In this document: positions 11,979-13,475 of the stretch, in pieces
Layout of the letters: each line of letters begins with the position of its first letter
Position numbering within the stretch: the first letter of the stretch is position 1
Assembly (NCBI GenBank): GCA_016180085.1
Contig: JACPBX010000012.1
Span: forward strand, 1-13,475
DNA length: 13,475 nt
Direction: 5' to 3'
From: Candidatus Woesearchaeota archaeon
GTDB lineage: Archaea; Nanobdellota; Nanobdellia; Woesearchaeales; UBA10216
The notes under the pieces: generated by a model
Told to the model about the DNA's origin: nothing
Database searches by the model: none
Seen by the model: the letters and a program-made list of their open reading frames with translations, nothing else
Made by a program: the position numbers and the translations under genes

Positions 11979-12947
11979 ATGAAACTGCACAAGCTCTTCC
12001 CTAAAATAAAGCCCTACCGCCACGGCTATCTTTCGGTTGGCGATGGCCACAAGCTGTATTATGAGCTATGCGGCAACCCTAAGGGAAAGCCTGTTTTGTA
12101 CGTGCACGGCGGGCCTGGAGCAGGCTGCGACGGGAACAGCAGGAGGTTCTTCAACCCCAAGGTGTGGAACATAATCCTTTTCGACCAGAGAGGCGCCAAC
12201 AGGAGCAAGCCCTTTGGCTCAACAAGGGCAAACACTACCTGGAAGCTTGTCGCGGATATCAGGCAACTGCTGCGGTTTTTGAAAATCGGCAAAGCCTTCC
12301 TTTTTGGAGGCAGCTGGGGCTCAACGCTTTCCCTTGTTTACGCAATCAAACACCCCGAAACGGTTATTGGGATGCTGCTGCGCGGGATTTTTCTGGGAAG
12401 AAAAGAAGATATAATGTACACCTATGGCGGAGGAGCCCAGGATTATTTCCCTGATAAGTGGGAAAGGTTTATCAGGATAGTGCCAAAAAGCATGAGGAAG
12501 GACGTAATTGGCCACTACGCCAGGCAGATGCAGTCAAAGAACAGGAGAATCAGGGACAAGTTTGCTTTCGAATTTGCGTACTACGAGCTTTCGTTGCTGA
12601 AGCTCAGCATGCCCCATAAGGATGTAATGAAAATTATGGGAAAGGCAAGCTCCCATCCAGGGCACAAGTCAATGGCGATTATAGAATCGCATTACATGAC
12701 CAATGACTGCTTCCTGCCCAGGAACTACATCCTAAACAACACTGGCAAAATCAGCAGCAGGAAAATACCGGTAAGCATTGTGCAGGGCCGCTATGACGCG
12801 CTGTGCCCGCCCATGCAGGCTTGGCTGCTACATAAGGCAATTCCGAAGTCAAAGCTTTTCTTCGTTACTGGCGGCCACGGCAGCAGCGAGTTAACAGTGC
12901 AGAGCAAGCTTGTTGAGGAGATGAAGCGGATGGCTCGCATTTTATAG
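11979..12947 (+). CDS. pip: Proline iminopeptidase (alpha/beta hydrolase, peptidase family S33)
   Basis: GNPKGKPVLYVHGGPGAG, FDQRGA.RS.P, the nucleophile motif GGSWG, LRGIFL, QGRYDALCP (Asp) and GGH (His) are all present. Confidence 0.95.
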   Translation: MKLHKLFPKIKPYRHGYLSVGDGHKLYYELCGNPKGKPVLYVHGGPGAGCDGNSRRFFNPKVWNIILFDQRGANRSKPFGSTRANTTWKLVADIRQLLRFLKIGKAFLFGGSWGSTLSLVYAIKHPETVIGMLLRGIFLGRKEDIMYTYGGGAQDYFPDKWERFIRIVPKSMRKDVIGHYARQMQSKNRRIRDKFAFEFAYYELSLLKLSMPHKDVMKIMGKASSHPGHKSMAIIESHYMTNDCFLPRNYILNNTGKISSRKIPVSIVQGRYDALCPPMQAWLLHKAIPKSKLFFVTGGHGSSELTVQSKLVEEMKRMARIL

Positions 12948-12956
12948 GGAACCCAT

Positions 12957-13373
12957 ATGACGACTGAAAGAATCAAATTGCCGCAGGAACTGGAACACCG
13001 GTATGTGCGACTTAATCTGAAGTTCGACAGCGCAGATTGGAAGGCGTACAACGATCAGATAATACCAGAAGATAAGGAATACGCTAAAGAGATAGTCAGC
13101 TTCCTTATAGACTTAATAGACTTTATTTGCAAGAACTTTGAGAAACTAGACAAGAATGCTCATATAGAGTTTCTTGGAAATTACTACTATAAATTCTACT
13201 ATGGGCCGCATGGGGACGACAGCAATTACCTTGATTTTGACGAAACTACAGAAGAAGGGAAAAGCGTTTACGAAATTTTCACTGAAATCTGGCAGATACA
13301 AGAAAAGCCCGCAAAAGCAAAACTGCTAAAAATCAAGGAGCAATTTTGCAGTCTCCTTAAAAGATTTGATTGA
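12957..13373 (+). CDS. Uncharacterised acidic/aromatic protein, AT-rich gene
   Basis: 138-aa ORF starting 9 nt after the pip stop. No family was recognised. Confidence 0.7.
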   Translation: MTTERIKLPQELEHRYVRLNLKFDSADWKAYNDQIIPEDKEYAKEIVSFLIDLIDFICKNFEKLDKNAHIEFLGNYYYKFYYGPHGDDSNYLDFDETTEEGKSVYEIFTEIWQIQEKPAKAKLLKIKEQFCSLLKRFD

Positions 13374-13379
13374 ATAGAA

Positions 13380-13475
13380 TGGGCCCACTCGGACTTGAAC
13401 CGAGGACCTCCGCCTGGCTGATTCGCTAACCGAATATCAGACTCGCCCATCTTTTTGGTCAAGCTTTTTGCTTGC
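13380..13475 (-). tRNA. 3' half of an intron-containing tRNA (3' exon 13415-13380; intron of at least 60 nt runs off the window); anticodon not visible, GAN (Ile-GAT or Val-GAC) inferred
   Basis: The minus strand reads A38-GGCGG-AGGTC-CTCGG-TTCAAGT-CCGAG-TGGGCCC-A73. C70 excludes Ala. The intron ends ...TCAG-CC, where TCAG would pair with C32-T33-G34-A35 in a bulge-helix-bulge. Confidence 0.85.
13452..13475 (-). repeat. Hairpin/A-tail repeat, copy D (right arm, inside the second tRNA intron; truncated by the window edge)
   Basis: Minus-strand 13471-13452, GCAAAAAGCTTGACCAAAAA, is identical to plus-strand 8702-8721. Confidence 0.8.

Noticed and set aside
13268-13462. 64-aa minus-strand ORF
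   Set aside because: It is a translation of the tRNA intron and 3' exon.
1-13475. CRISPR array, transposase, integrase, intein or rRNA
   Set aside because: No regularly spaced direct repeats and no diagnostic motifs for these were seen on either strand.

Overview
This is an archaeal chromosomal segment, most consistent with a DPANN (Woesearchaeota-like) genome. The evidence is an archaeal/eukaryote-type ProRS, Pth2, a Hel308-type helicase, BRE-TATA promoters, GAGGTG-type ribosome-binding sites and intron-containing tRNAs without encoded CCA. The taxon is an inference. From left to right the window holds: the 3' part of a VapC/PIN gene; four uncharacterised genes (an internally duplicated membrane protein, a membrane-anchored coiled-coil protein, and two lysine-poor proteins sharing a domain, one with TPRs); a PIN(DUF3368-like)/UPF0175 pair; proS; three paralogous ECF S-component-like membrane genes interrupted by an intron-containing tRNA-Arg(UCG); pth2; a small coiled-coil gene; a Hel308 gene lacking its whole first RecA domain; a proline iminopeptidase; an AT-rich orphan; and the 3' half of a second intron-containing tRNA cut by the window edge. 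The most unusual signal is a short hairpin-plus-A-tail repeat found four times. It makes up most of the tRNA-Arg intron, recurs as an exact 20-nt match in the second tRNA intron, and also sits intergenically. The half-helicase and the lysine-depleted paralog pair are the next strongest leads. No CRISPR array, transposase or integrase was seen. All family calls come from motif recognition by eye; no searches were run.
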